Below, one piece after another: positions 1-13,637 of a DNA stretch of 61,469 bases. Source of the stretch: Catajapyx aquilonaris. Lineage: Eukaryota. The notes beneath the pieces were generated by a model. It did no database searches. It saw only the letters and a list, made by a program, of their open reading frames with translations, and was not told the DNA's origin. The translations under genes and the position numbers were made by a program. The number at the start of each line of letters is the position of its first letter. Positions within the stretch are counted from its first letter, which is position 1. Where the stretch lies: NCBI GenBank assembly GCA_000934665.2, contig JYFJ02002182.1:1-61469 (forward strand). The letters are read 5' to 3'.

Positions 1-285
1 ATACCATTACCCTTCTAAAATAAAGGGGGCCAAAACCGGCCATTTGTCCCATGTACATAAAGGTGACCTGATTAAAACTTTACAGGGTTCAACGGTACCT
101 TTTATTTTTAAGGGGACATATTCCCTTCTAAAATAAAGGTGACAAAACAGGCAATTTTGTCACCTTTAAATAAAGGTGACCAACGGTACCTTTTGTTTTA
201 AAGGAGCCATGTACCCTTCTAAAATAAAGGTGACAAAACAGGCTGTTTCGTCACCTTTAATAAAGGTGACCGGGCTAAGAGTGTA
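1..285. repeat. Degenerate tandem repeat (~3 units of ~90-110 bp) with internal hairpins; probable end of a non-autonomous DNA element
   Basis: CCTTCTAAAATAAAGG recurs three times. Hairpin AAAGGTGACAAAA..TTTTGTCACCTTT is present. Truncated by the window edge. Confidence 0.55.
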
Positions 286-383
286 CACTTTACAGTCGAG
301 TGGTTAACCCCTTGGAAATTTGATTATAATTTTGGACAATGGAAAATAAAGCGAAATTGGCCCATATAGCTGTTCTTAAAAGG

Positions 384-512
384 CAATGGGTGGAATTTTT
401 GTCCCACTGCTAGTCCCACTGTTATTCCAGCTACCTTAGCTTAGCACTGCCAGTGTTGGCAATTGTTAGTTAACAGTAACTAGCAGTGGGACGAAATTTA
501 TTCCATCCATTG
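384..512. mobile_element. Small MITE-like inverted repeat
   Basis: CAATGGGTGGAAT..GTCCCACTGCTAGT pairs with ACTAGCAGTGGGAC..ATTCCATCCATTG. Confidence 0.5.
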
Positions 513-558
513 ATGTTTATTCTGTAATATAGTACAAGACGAACTAAACAAAAAAAAA

Positions 559-630
559 ATCCGGTACCGGGAATCGAACCCGGGCCTCCCGGGTGAGAGC
601 CGGGTATCCTAACCACTAGACCATACCGGA
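559..630 (-). tRNA. tRNA-Glu-CTC: tRNA-Glu (anticodon CTC)
   Basis: Reverse complement folds as a cloverleaf: acceptor stem TCCGGTA/TACCGGA, anticodon arm CCCGG-CT-CTC-AC-CCGGG, T-loop TTCGATT. A T-run (Pol III terminator) follows. Confidence 0.96.
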
Positions 631-1873
631 CCTTATGATTATACTATTTATACTTCACAGAAAATATATAATACTCTCGATGAGATATGAGCTTTTGAGA
701 GTCTGTTATTAGTTCCTCACGAGATCTCTTTTATTCCGCAACCTCTAAACTTGACTGTAATTGCACTAGCAGAAAACTGTCTTGACCAAAGTACGCTGTA
801 AGTATATATAAGCAGGCTCCTAACCTGCCCAGAGTGGTCCGTGTGTATAGCCTACCTTGTGTTGATGCCTCATTATGCCAGGAAATCACCCAAATGGACC
901 GTATGACATCTGCACATGGGATGAAGTACTTTAAAATAAATATTATTGTTGGCACTGTAGAAAGCAGTAGCAGCACACTCAGGCTGGGTTGCATTACGAA
1001 AGGTACGGTATAGATTAATATATTATCTAACCAGGAACTATCTTATGTTATAGTATCTTGCTACGCTATCTTATGCTATCGTGTTTATCATTGGCAACAA
1101 TGATTTATTATTTATTATTTATTGCATTGCGTACTGTTTGTTTAATCCTAGTTAGATAATAATCTGCACCTTTGGCAGTGCATCAGCCTCTTACATCGCG
1201 ACTCGCCCAGATAAGCACAGGTAGGCCTACAATTAAATGCAGATATTGACATGTTACAAGAGACAATTTTAATGTCAATAACATGTCATAATACTTGTTG
1301 TTGTTTTATTTGTTTTTAAAAAATTTATTTATATTTCTTAGTTTTGCATTATTTTTAATATTTTTATTTTTAATATTTTTAATATTTTTATTATTAGTGG
1401 TTAGAAGTCAGTGTAGTTGCTTAGAAATAAAGTGACATTCGTTTCAATAAATCTATTGAGTGTCAAGCCCTGACGTTCCAGTGGAAATCCACAAATGTTC
1501 CTAAGCTGCTTATTATATAAGTAATAACTTTGCAAGAGCAATCCCCTATAATAAGAACATCAGAAATATTAGATTTCAATATTACGTTGAAGTATGATAA
1601 TGCCTAAGTGGGAATTTCAATACATTTCTGATCTTCAAACCTAGCCATTGCATTGAATCCATTGATCCATTTCGACTCAATAGGCCTACTATCCGAGTCC
1701 AATAGTTGCATCCATATTTTGGATGCTGGGCGGAATTGGCAGCTAAAAAGCAATATTTAAAAGGGGTTGCAAGTTACACTGCCAGTTTAAAATATACGTA
1801 TAAAATTACTTAAACATCAATATTTTGCATTTCCACTTAGAATCTGGGTTAATTACTATTCTTTGAACCAATT

Positions 1874-2088
1874 TACACAGCACAGAGTAAACTGGACCCG
1901 TTTCGGAACCGGTCCACTATTCCGTTACTAAGGATCGTATTGCCAGCTCAGAGTCAATTATCTGATTTTATTAAATGCGAATTCATGGTGCTCGCTTTCT
2001 TTGGTTCTTTGTCAACTTGGTGGCTCACAATAAGTAACCAAATAGTGGGCCGGTTTCGGAACAGGTCCAGTTTCCTATGCGCTGGGTA
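1874..2088. mobile_element. MITE with ~50-bp imperfect TIRs, TA-flanked
   Basis: TACACAGCACAGAGTAAACTGGACCCGTTTCGGAACCGGTCCACTATT matches the reverse complement of the right end, TACCCAGCGCATAGGAAACTGGACCTGTTCCGAAACCGGCCCACTATT. Confidence 0.7.
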
Positions 2089-2863
2089 GTAAGTCATGAC
2101 GCAACTTACGACTCTGAGTCTTCCATGTCGTCAACTGGCAACAAAATTATCCTCGCAGCCTTTGTAACCATCCATAGATTTCCTCCCCCATTTTTTCCCC
2201 AAGAATGCTCTATTGTTCCGCCCACACCAACTCTTGGCCGAAAATGAGATTCTGGTCGAACGCACCAGAAAACGAAGCCCGTTCCCCGCGATACGAATCT
2301 AGTTAGCAAAGTCCCCTGGACAAACAAAAGACCTACCCACCCACAGAGTCGTCCAGAAAGTGGCCTTTGAAGGCGCATCCACCCCTTCTACCACACGCAC
2401 GTTTTTGGGACGGAAAAGGCACGGAGGCGGATAAGAGATACACATAAAGCTCTCCCGACGAGCTGGCTAATTTGCCTTTGGTGTCAGCCAGCGGCCAGTT
2501 TGATAGGCGCCATACCCATTGTGTGATTTATCAGGGCCACAAGCTCGCTGGACATTTGCATCCCCCCCCCCCTCTCACCCAACCAACGGCCTTTCATTTC
2601 CGCCCACTCTTGTTCAGAGTATTCTGATAACCCGAAACTGTGAGGGTTNGGGGGGGGGGTCAACCCGAAGCGTCCTCTGCGAATAGGGGCTGTCATTTTC
2701 AATAATTTCTCCACCTGTTCCTTCAACGGGGACTCTCATGGCTGTTGGTGGGAAGATTCCAGGAAAATATGGGTACCAGATGGAAAGTAACTTCTTAGAT
2801 AAACTTCTTAGATTAAATAATAAAGATATTTGGTAAGCTCTGTATATAGGTGTACTGGACTGC

Positions 2864-3005
2864 ACTTATTTCCAACGCTACTCTCGAGGGGAAATAAAAT
2901 GGCCGACGTTAGCGCGACGTTGCCAAAGCTCAGTAACGAGCCTCGAAGGCTATACGGGTGTGAATTTGGTCCCTGGGAAGCAACTCTGGCAACGTTGTTG
3001 TCATA
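2864..3005. repeat. Dispersed repeat fragment, same family as 25632-25767
   Basis: CTTATTTCCAACGCTACTC..GGGGAA..AAAATGG.CGACGTT and ACTCTGGCAACGTTGT are shared with the ~25.7 kb copy (opposite orientation). Confidence 0.55.
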
Positions 3006-4136
3006 AGAAAATGACATAATAATTAAGTTTCACTCATGACGAACATACAGAAATGTTTAGTAACTAATATCAGGTAGCAAGGGCAATTTATTGCTGCCAG
3101 GAACACAACAGGCATCATTCCCAAAATTCGGCGCTCAACCATCTCCTGTAATCTTTACATCCCTTTTTTTCTCGTTTAGATAACATCCTCGCATTGTTTC
3201 TCTACAACACTGCTGGAGCACCAAATTTACAACCTCGTTTATTTTTACACCCATCAATGCGTCATAATTATGTATCTTCCTTTGTACAAATGGTTTTTGT
3301 TCGGCTGTAGGGTACGTTAGGGGACTATAACTGGGGAGGAAGCTCACTTTTTATAGGTCAATGGTCTACGTTACGTGTTTAAAAATTGGTAAAACACATA
3401 GTTTTTTTTTAAATCCTACACTTTTAAAAGACAACCTCCATCCAACCCTACTTCTTCTACATATCCACTTATGTACAGTATATAAAGACACATCGCAGCA
3501 ATGCTGCCAATACATGTACACCCTTACGACACTAACAAGACCATTGACTATGAATTTAATGACATTTGAACTATCCACTTAACATTTTCATCGAACTCTA
3601 ACAATTTGCATTTCTACATTCCCTGCGAAGGAACATAGTGATATCGGGCATAGTCCGGCCAAAAACATGTGGCAGTCGTCTTTATCTGAATGCTACTATT
3701 AGCATGAGATAAAGACGACTGTGCCACATGTTTGTGGTATGACTCTAGCATGAAATCGACACCGTGAGTTTGTGTTGAGGAATCATACAATGTCACCTTG
3801 TGTATAATACATGTTGTTTCTTGCACATAACATGACAGCCTCCTGTAAATAAATAAGTTATGTAAACCTATACAAAATATCGCACCAATAATACTAGAGT
3901 ATAAGATGGATTCTGTTTTTTGAAGGGTCACATTTTAAGACGTCCCCTGAAAGTCAGAAAGACGTCTTTAAAAAAAAGATCACCCTCAAAGTTTCTCAAC
4001 ACAGTGACGTCGCAGCATCGATTCAGTTCTGGACACTTGACAAACCCAAGTTATTGATATGTGAGTGCTTGTTTCTGTCTGAAAAAACTGTCTGAACCAG
4101 TGAGTATGAAGCCGGAAAAAGAAAGTGAAGAGCCAA

Positions 4137-7100
4137 TCAACGACAAGCGCAGGTGCGCACAGCCATGTCTCGAAACGTCTTCAGTTCCACCCTGTCGCCT
4201 TCGTCCATGTACAGGATGGACACATCCTCGAAAGAAGATGGTATGCAGCAGGAAGATGTGCTGCTCACCTCATTCAAACCGCCTTGAGCCCTCACCAGGC
4301 TCATCAACAAAGCGTGGTTTGTTGAAGGCATAGCCTGGAAATCACATGTCAACAATGTGGACCAATCAAGAATGTGGACCAATCAAACAAGATTATAGAT
4401 CCATCGCAACTCCAGCCTTGCAAAATCGCTGTTGTTCGTCCATCCATAAAACTGGTATAAGCTTGCTGAAAAAATGTTATGCAATCAATTTCATTAAATA
4501 TAATTTTAAGTGGACATTGTGGTGCAAGTGTAATAAAAATTTAAATAAAAAAATTTGAGTTGATGACCACTGGCCAGATTAGCAATTTAGCAATGGCTGG
4601 CTGCACAATGGATTTCGACTCCATCAACCATTGTTACTTACGCACTGATGACTTTCGCTCCTCGTGTGCTATTTGGAAGGCACAAAAAAAGAGAGAGAGA
4701 ATTACAGAGTCTCCTGCCAAACCTATAGACCTTAACAGAATCGACGCTGCAATCTTGCCAATGACTATTTGGCCGCGATTCAGACTCTGGTCCTGGATAG
4801 TCCAATATATTCTCTCCCATCTCCTCAGCAATGTCGGGCTAGGACCCAGTACACATTTTAAGTCAACACACTAAAATCATAGTGTCAGGATGTACTGTAC
4901 TTTAAAGGTAAAACATTACAATATTGTACAGTTGTTCCCAATTTTTTTTCCTGTCTTCCCCTAGAGTTCCTAAAAAGAGGCAATCAGGGAGTCCCTGGCA
5001 TCGATTGGTGTGAAGCTAATGAGGTGGGAGAACCGGCCATTTGTCTTCTGGGTACAAAAAAAAGTGGTCAGTGTCCGAGAGAGTTCCCTACCTGTAATTT
5101 TGGCGGACATGCACCGGCGCAGTAGTGGGTATGAAGCAATGGTGGTGCAATGATGAAGTCCCAACCAACTGCTGCGAATGACACCTCCAGAGCTCGACGA
5201 TGACATCGTGACTTGGTGTCGGCTCGAAATTCATTCACTTCCCATTCCTTAACAAGTATTGTGTCAGACAGTTCAGGTGCTAAATTAGTAGTTAGTTACC
5301 TGTTGGTGTCGACGATTTCCTCGTGTCCTCTTCTTGCCCTCGCCATCCCTTGACCTTGCCCTTCCGCCCCATCTTCGTCGGCCTCTGCCTCGTCCTCTTC
5401 CACGATGTGAGTTCTGCTTCAGCCAGTGTGACGGAAACGGCAAGGTGTCCTCATCCTGTCTGACCCTTGACCTTCCGCGACCTCTGACTCTCGGACCACG
5501 GACTCTGTTGGTCATCAGCCGGACTGGGGATGGAGACGAGGTCAACCTGCTGACCACGTTGTTTTCACCTGGAAGGTCGTTGTCTGCCACGTCCCTCTTG
5601 GATCTCGACGCTTCTTCACTAGAATGACATGGAGGTTACCTTATGCATTTTAAAATTAGGTCATTACTAGTGAACTCGTTGCCAAAGTTTATGACGGTAG
5701 TAATCAAACAACTTTTATGAGATGGCCCGCCAATTTACCACGTAATACTATTTCTAACGCATAGATGGCGCATACGCTTTCTTCGCACATTCAGGTCGGA
5801 CAAACATCCGACGGATAGAATAAGCCTATTAGGAAAAAAGATTACCTGAGAACCGCAGCAGCATGGACTATCCTGGAATGGTTGTCCAGTTCAGCGTCCA
5901 AGAACAGGACAAAGAAGGGCAGGGCGTTGTACCGCAGAAGACGTGACAGCGGTACATCCCCTTGTGCCGTCAGAAACACAGACGACGGCGGCGACGTCCC
6001 CAAGACCTGGCTGGCATCAATGGTCTTCCAGCCTCTTCCTTCTTCAACGTCGCTGTCACGTCCTGGAAGCACCAGTGTCCCCAACGGACGCGGAACATTG
6101 TCGTCCTCATCGCTCCCCAGTGCCCACAAATGCAGCGACGACGACTCCGGCACATTCTTCCTCGGCAGAAGATGCAGCTCAGCAGTCCACAGCCTCTCTC
6201 TACCCCCACCGCTGCTGGCGTTGAAGATGACCGCCGGTACACCATTGAGACGCCCTGGAAATAATCAGTGGTCTGGGTGTCACACAACCGCCAACTTTGC
6301 CCATTGAGCATGATCGAGTGTTGAGCCCAAATCCCAGCAGCAGGTGCTCCGTCCCATTGGCATGCGAATCTCGCCTCCTGAGGAGATCCGACCTCATATT
6401 CCGCCTAAAAGGATAGGACACAGCCTGCGGGACGCCATCGTCGCGACGTCCTCACAAAAAAAAGGAGTGAAAGTGAGAAGAGCTCCTCAACTTGGTCTGC
6501 TATTAAGCCCCCGAGGATTTGTGCCATGTCGTCGCCCTCGGGCCCGGAAAGGTGATTTTTTTAACGGGACTCGAGCAGTATACCAACTAACTTTTCTCCT
6601 CCCAAGAACACTCGCATTACCCTCCCCAAGAAATTATGCAAATAACTCTTAAGTGCGTAAGATGGGCGTCGTCAATGTTCGTCGTGACCTATCATGGCGC
6701 CACACTTAATAAAAAGCAACGACACCACCAGGTCATTATAATGACCATATTAAATCAGTGCCATGATATTATCCTAAGAGATCATGAGTTTGCAGAGAAA
6801 TATTACATACTGAAAACATGGAGTTCATTATTATTTTTTCACTTGCTTAATTGAATAATTAACATTTTCCTGCATTCATTTTAATGCATAAATATATGCA
6901 TTGAGTTCATTTCGGTGTGTAGAACAGAGATTCGCCCAATGTCTGAATCATTATGAAACACTCTAAAATGAACCAGCCATATCAAATGATTCCTGTAACT
7001 TTCCCCTATTACCCTAAGATGTTATCGGAGGGTGCGGGATAATAAAAAAAATGGAGCAAGGAGATCTAGGTCCTCCATCATTTAAGCCATCTGGTGCCAC

Positions 7101-10100
7101 CGGCGTCTGAGTTTGAGGAAGGCGTGTCGGCAGTTGGAAATCAACCCCCTCCCCCCAGTCCCCCCCCCCCCAACCTCTAGCCCATCATCCTGGGGGAGAA
7201 AACACACTTGCTGCAGACATTGTCACCGCCGGCCCGTCCTTCATTTGCATATCGACGATCTAAGGGCGGGGCATTTCTTCCTTCCTCTAAATCCATCCCA
7301 CACCCCCACACCACCAAGCCTTATCCTCCCTATAGTACCATCACCTATAACGTTACCTATTCAAACCACCTGCATCACTATTCACTATCGCTTTGAGATG
7401 GGCGCATCATTTGATTCTAAATGCACAGAGAAGCATCTGGGTCACTGGACTAGGACTAATACTAGGCTAGAAGAAACCGTAATAAATACTGCAGTACTGT
7501 AATTAAATTCCTGCATGGTCACCAATATTGAAGACTGCAATACAATATGGGCCCATCTGTCAATTTTACAAAATAGTTTTAATGGCATACTGTCCTCCAT
7601 CTGGTGGATCCCCATATGTAGAAAATGCACAGAAATGTCACTACCTTAGTAGAAGTGCCTGAATAATGCTTTCAAAATTTTGTTAACTGTGATACTGTGA
7701 TAGAAACCAGAAAAAAAAATTATTCGCTTTTTGAATGTTTCACATGGGCCCTTGTTGAATTGCAGTCTTCAAACTTTTTTTTGAGTGATTTTGAGCATAA
7801 AGGTTTGAAACTCTGGAATTATTTCGCAATTTTCTGATTGGACACCCCAAATTTCTTTACAACACTTATTTATCACAATGTCGTTTTCAAAATATTTTCC
7901 GACGTATATAAAAATCGTCGCTCACATCTGCACATTGGTGCACTATCTCACTCGCACTGACCTTTGATTACATGAGCCAAGTTATATCATGCCAAGATTT
8001 TTTTGTGTGTTTAATATTAATTTGCCCTCCATCAGCAGAAAGTCAATCGGTGACATGAATGTAACACATGTCATTTCAAAAGGTGCATGATGACCTTACT
8101 TAGAGTAACTTTCCCACGTGGTCCCTAGCAACAAAAGGTGAGTTTGCATACTCTTCGAGTATCTGCGAACCACGTGCGTCCCATTGCCCATCCCCCACTT
8201 CACAACACGGTTCTCCTTTCAAGGGAGACAATGCAAATCCAGATCAAACCTCTCCCCTTTTCATTTACGGCGCCGGAATGGCAGCTCTCAAGAGCTTTGG
8301 CTTCTTCTTTTTTTTCCAGGGAGTTTTAGGCCCGTGACTAATCTCCATAGTGAAGAGAGGGGGCTGACTGTTCTATTCCAGCTTGCCTTGTGGTATCGGA
8401 TAGGGAAAAATATATATATAAAAGAGGATTCTCCTGTGGGGGGGCCGAAGACAGGGCCCAGGCGGGGCAGAGGGCGGGCAGGGGCAGCCCCTCTCTTGGG
8501 GGACTGCCAAAAAGTCGCTTCGGAGGGCTGTCAGCTTGATTCGCACTGCATAATTATTCTGCTCATGATTAATGCAATATTTGGCAACATAAAGTCGTTT
8601 CAAAAGTAAAAAAATCGAGCATAACTGCCTCATTGCAATAATGGGGCATGACTCAAGTCATTATCCGCGTAACTACACCGTAACAACGCGTCTAATCGCC
8701 ACTTCCCCCCAAAAATGCCTGGCCATCGATCTGCCAATCGTTATGGCAGCTTATGAAGCCAATTCGTTATAACAACTCCCTGCCAGTTCCGCTGACGCCG
8801 CCATCCTTGACTTATTTCCACTGTTAAGTTAGCATTCCTCCCCACCCGGGTGATTATTGGAATCATTACACTTCTCCCCCCTTATTTCCAGTCTGAATCA
8901 AAAGGTATATCAATATTCTTGACATATAGATCCGGACTTTGGCCTGGGTCCAAAAATAGTGCTGGCCTCCCATGAGAAGCTCTCAGAGAAAATGACGGAT
9001 GGCACCCCATGGACATGACAGAAAGCAGATGCAACACATTCCACACTCGTCACTATATGTGGCTCACACTTACAATGATTTCATCGTGCTGGGAAGTTTT
9101 TCGCGCCTTTATTATCCAGGAAGGTTGGATATAAAAAATTGTGATTATAAAAAGAAGTAGGGGGGAAGTTCTTTGGTGTATGGCTTGGATAGCTTTCTAT
9201 AGCCAAACCCCTTCGTGTATGATGGGGTTGAAAAGGCTGGACGTGCCGTCACCGCAATTGGGCCAATCGGTAGGGGCAACGTTCGCTAACGAACAAGGGA
9301 GGGTTCCACAGTACACACTACGAGCCTTTAAGATTTTTTTTTTCATATTTAGTTGAACCCAAGTTATTTTGTCCAACGTTCATCAACTGGTAATGTGCGT
9401 CGATTTGTCCACCAAAAAAAGTTGCTCATTCTGTAGCAATATTTCGCCACATATTTCCAGCAATCGTTCAACTTCCCCTGTTGCAATTTTCTGCCAGAGG
9501 TGCTTAACAGCACGCCATGGCACTAACCTTGAGTACTTTGTATCCGAAAAGGAGGGGGTGTGTTCTCTCAAGCTCGGTTGAAGACTGAGAAATATATCGG
9601 AGAGCAATATCAGTAATTCCGTGGGTACCCAGTCGGAAAATCCTAGCCCGGATTCTTGCCGTGCCGTCTCAACATTTCGCCGGGGTGAAGTAAGGCCAGG
9701 CGGAAAACAACAGGCAATAAGAGCCAGCCCCCTTTCCTTCCGCACCGGTTCACATCACTTGCTTGTCCCCCCTATATAGGAAGAAGAAGAAGAGGAGTGA
9801 GGAACATATGGACGGACTGTCTCTGAAGCAATATGGAACAGGCAGAGAGAGACCTGGTTGCTCAATAAGAGACAAGAGCAATCGAGATTAACCCCTTTTC
9901 CAGGCGAGTCCACACGCCTGACCGCATCGCTGGATTCCTGGAACGCCATCTATATCCAGGAAACCTGGAATATGTTAGCTGTCCCGACTGAGTAGCACTC
10001 TTTTGCTAAAAGTTTAGAAATTTTGCTAATAATAGATCAAGGGCGTAATTCCTTGCATAGTTACGATCAAATCAGAGCTAGTCACAGAATTAAATTGTTA

Positions 10101-13100
10101 CATTTTCATAATTATCATTATATAGGGTGACTCTAAAGTCTGGATACATAGGATTGAATTGTTGATTGCCAGTTGTGCCACTAGAGGTTGGGACACATTT
10201 CATCGGTCAGTGTTGCCAAATTTTGGCAACTGGTTCACTACTAGTATGCTAATAGCGCGTTTACTTCCAAAAAAACTTGACGAAAATTGAGTCGAACTTG
10301 ACGTGTCGTAGGTCACTTCCTCAATTCCAGGAACTGCGGACATTTACACCATCCTTGTGGTATTGTTGGAGCGTGACTCCACCCTACTCTTCCTCTCCCT
10401 ATTTTCTTCTCCTTCTTCTTTTTTTCTTGTTTTATTTGTTTGAACCGACGCTACTACCTTTCAGCGCGAATTAAGCGTCCTCTTCCGTTGGGTGACTAGC
10501 AGCACTTTAGAAGAGACGTGCACCAGGCGAGGAAAAGGAGCCCTGGACAAGCTAGGAGGCTTGTAAAAGGTATAGTGTTGGAGAGGGTGATGGCAGACAC
10601 TCGTTTTCTTCGGCTGCAGCAGGTGGTGGAATTCCCGCCAATCCCTCTACCACCCCCTTCCCCCTTAGTCTCTCCCTCCTTCTCCCCCGTCCTCTTACCG
10701 CAGGCAGATTGAGGATTCCCGGAGAAGAGGGAAGAAGGAAGGAAAAGCAAACTTCCGGAGAGAAGGAAAGACGACTTGTTCTCACACCACCATACTTGTT
10801 TTCCAGTCAAGAAATCTCTGGAAAGCAGACTAAAGAGAGCATTCACACGGTCTGTGTCTCTGTTTGTCCGCGGCGAGTCATCAGTAGCGTGTATATAGGG
10901 AGAGTGCGCCATCTATCAGTAATTGGATGCCAAGTTGCCGAATTGATGTTAACCTTAGGGCGAAATGTCGAAAGGTGACCAGCATTGTGTTCAGCCAGGG
11001 ACAAGCAAATTGACACTGAGTTCTCGGGAAAATTTTGCGAAGCGTAGTTGGGCACACAAAGAGGAAGGGTTCGCGGAATGGGCGAGAAGCGAGTGTGGAT
11101 ATTATTTTCCCGGAGGACATAAAGTGGAAATGACTCGATGAGGAGGACAAGGCAAGAGGAGGAGGAGTAGGGACAGGTTTTATTGTTAACCCGTTTTCCG
11201 ATGGAGGTTCCCATTTCCCCTGCTGATGCACCACCCCCCATGCCCCCAAAGTACTTGTTTATTCTTCCGATTCCTGAGTCCCGCAGACAAGCAGGCAGCA
11301 AAGCACGAGGGCTCCTGTTTGCCAAGCGCCACCTTGCCCTCTCAACATCTCTTTTCTTTCTTATTTGATTTAACCCCCCCCCCCCCTACAACTTCCCCTC
11401 CCCACAGTCTCTCAACAGTTCCCGGAAGAATCGTGGGATGTCAACGGCACCTTAATAACCATAAAAAATGTTTTGAAATTTGCAATAAAACCAACAAAAA
11501 AATGACTTTTTTTTCAAATGCATTTCATGTCTTACCATATACTACTTGATCGCATGAGGTTATGTCCGGTCATCTTCATTTTTTGTTTGCCTGTTTTACA
11601 CGTGCTTTTCCATGCTCAAAAAACCAGGCTGGCTTAAAATAAATGGATGACAGTCACGGTCTCTGACATCAGCAGAGCATATTTTTTTTGTTATGCCAAT
11701 TTTTTTGAAAGCATATGCTCTTCTTCATATTTTAAGTGCAGCTATTTTCACTGGTACTGACCTCACTTTTTTCACTTTTACTGCTTGGTCATATGCAGAC
11801 AGCAAATAAATGCGCAAAAAATTAGCAATTATTAAAAATTATAATTTCATGTGTACTTATTACGGAATCAGGCGATTCGAAAAAAAAGTAGGCATACAGC
11901 CAAATATCACTGCGCAAAATAATTTTTTCATGCAATTTACCATATGTGCAATCACACAAGTTACATTCAGTATCTCGTAATTAATGTGAGGAACAGACGA
12001 CCTTGCTTCTTTATCTCCACATAGGAACTGTAAGGTCGTGAAAGTTCGTCTCCATCTTATAAAATGAAAATAATCCGCATTCTCGCTTGCTCGAGCAGAT
12101 TACAAAGAATAAACATGTCAAGCTGCCTGGCATGCATAAAAGCCTATCTCTTATTCAATCTCTCCCCTTCCAAAAGCCGAGGGAAAAAAAAAATTCTTCA
12201 CAAAAAAGTCAACCCGCAGAACAAATCCAAGACGTCCAGAGTTTCTTTTGATCCAGCCAAAAGAGGTGGAAATCAACACAAAAGAAAAAAAATTCGGGGA
12301 GGCGCTTGCGCCGACAGTTGGCGACATTACAATAATTTCACCGTTTACTGCATAAATTCATGAAGTGTCTGTCGGAGGGTTTGAATGGTCGCTGCCATCT
12401 TTAGAAAGAAATAGTAAAAAAAAAAATCCGATCTCTCTTCCACATGCCTCTTTCCCACTTTCTTCAAAAAGTCAATAACGGATTTATAAGGTCTCTTCCA
12501 TTTTAATGGCACATTTTTTAAGTTCCAAGAAGTGAGCTCTCCTCCCCCCCAAAAAATATATAAGGAAACAGGAGCGTCTGAAGATGCCATCCGGAACTTT
12601 GTCGCCAATAATTTAAGGACATTATGGCCAAAGTTTTTGAAATGTTCGAAGGGGGGGACACTGCCTGGGCGCAAATTACCCCCACTTGAATTCGATAGGT
12701 GATGGGGACAGTCATTAGTCGACCAGATGACGATGTGTCGCCTTTAAAAATTCTGCGGAGATCGTTTTGGGGGGTTGATGTGGACACTTAGGATGACAAT
12801 AAATTTGGGTTGAAATTAAGGCGAAAAAATATGCTAAATTTTACTGTCAGCCCTTGCATACCGTCCAATAAACCCGTCTTCATTCAAGAAAAAATGACAA
12901 GCTGGATTCATCACTTATTTTTTGCAATTTCCTGAGTGGTGCCGCAGTCGGTTTCATTTTCCATGATTTACGAGCCATGATTACTTTATATGTGACACTG
13001 CATCTGCTGAAGTTTAAACTAAATCCGAATAATATCCTTCCTTCAAAAAAAAAAATGAATTGGTTCTGAAGCAACACCAATTCGAGCGCAGGAAGTATAG

Positions 13101-13637
13101 CAACATCAAAACAATACACCCGTAATTAGGTGCCTCTAATCAGAGAAAAACTTGCCCACAAATTATGGCAAAAGTTTCGCAAAAGTTCAGTAATTAGAGC
13201 AGATTGTTTGCCAATGGCAGCTGATGGCGCTTCCGAGCCCAATTATGATGTAAGAATCTCAAATTTGTAACTAACTTTTTAACGCGTACATCTTCTAAGT
13301 AGACGTGGATTTTCTTTCAAACAAATGTTCCTATGTTATGTGTTTTTTTCCGTACAGTATGGAACAGTTCTTACCCAATAAGTTACCTCCTCTGATCAGA
13401 ATAGCCAAAGAGTAATAAGGTGTCATTGCCCTCCATTCAATGAAAATATTTGCAATACCATGCGTACTCACCGAGCACGCCCGGCACACTCCGCACAGTG
13501 TCAGCCAAGCCCCGTGTCGGCCCCTGGGCCAAACGCTGGTACAGGTCCAGCATGTAGGTGGTGGATGGTGATGGCACAACCCTTGAGGAAGAACCAGCTG
13601 CTAGGGCAATGGCCAGGAAGAGGAAGAGAGGCGCCAT
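4137..13637 (-). CDS. BMP3: TGF-beta/BMP family ligand, BMP3/GDF10-like (~415 aa, 5 exons)
   Basis: Exons 13637-13472, 6254-5846, 5618-5300, 5247-5092 and 4334-4137 splice in frame (1248 nt). Signal peptide, YMLDLY prodomain helix, FN..E.L..AELHL, furin site RSKR. Seven-Cys knot: CHRR..GWD..YCAGAC..NHA..CC..CACR. Family is secure; BMP3 orthology is moderate confidence. Confidence 0.85.

Noticed and set aside
1..285. Repeat-spacer look (CRISPR-like)
   Set aside because: The intervening sequences are themselves repeated, the context is eukaryotic, and there are no cas genes.
2640..2665. N within a G-run
   Set aside because: Sequencing ambiguity; the ORFs across it are not credible.
4970..5047. 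Possible extra BMP exon after a pyrimidine-rich CAG
   Set aside because: It would truncate the cystine knot. The 5092-4334 splice gives a complete domain.
10496..11549. Cluster of 60-160-aa ORFs in BMP intron 1
   Set aside because: Overlapping, low-complexity, no recognisable domains; expected in GC-rich DNA.
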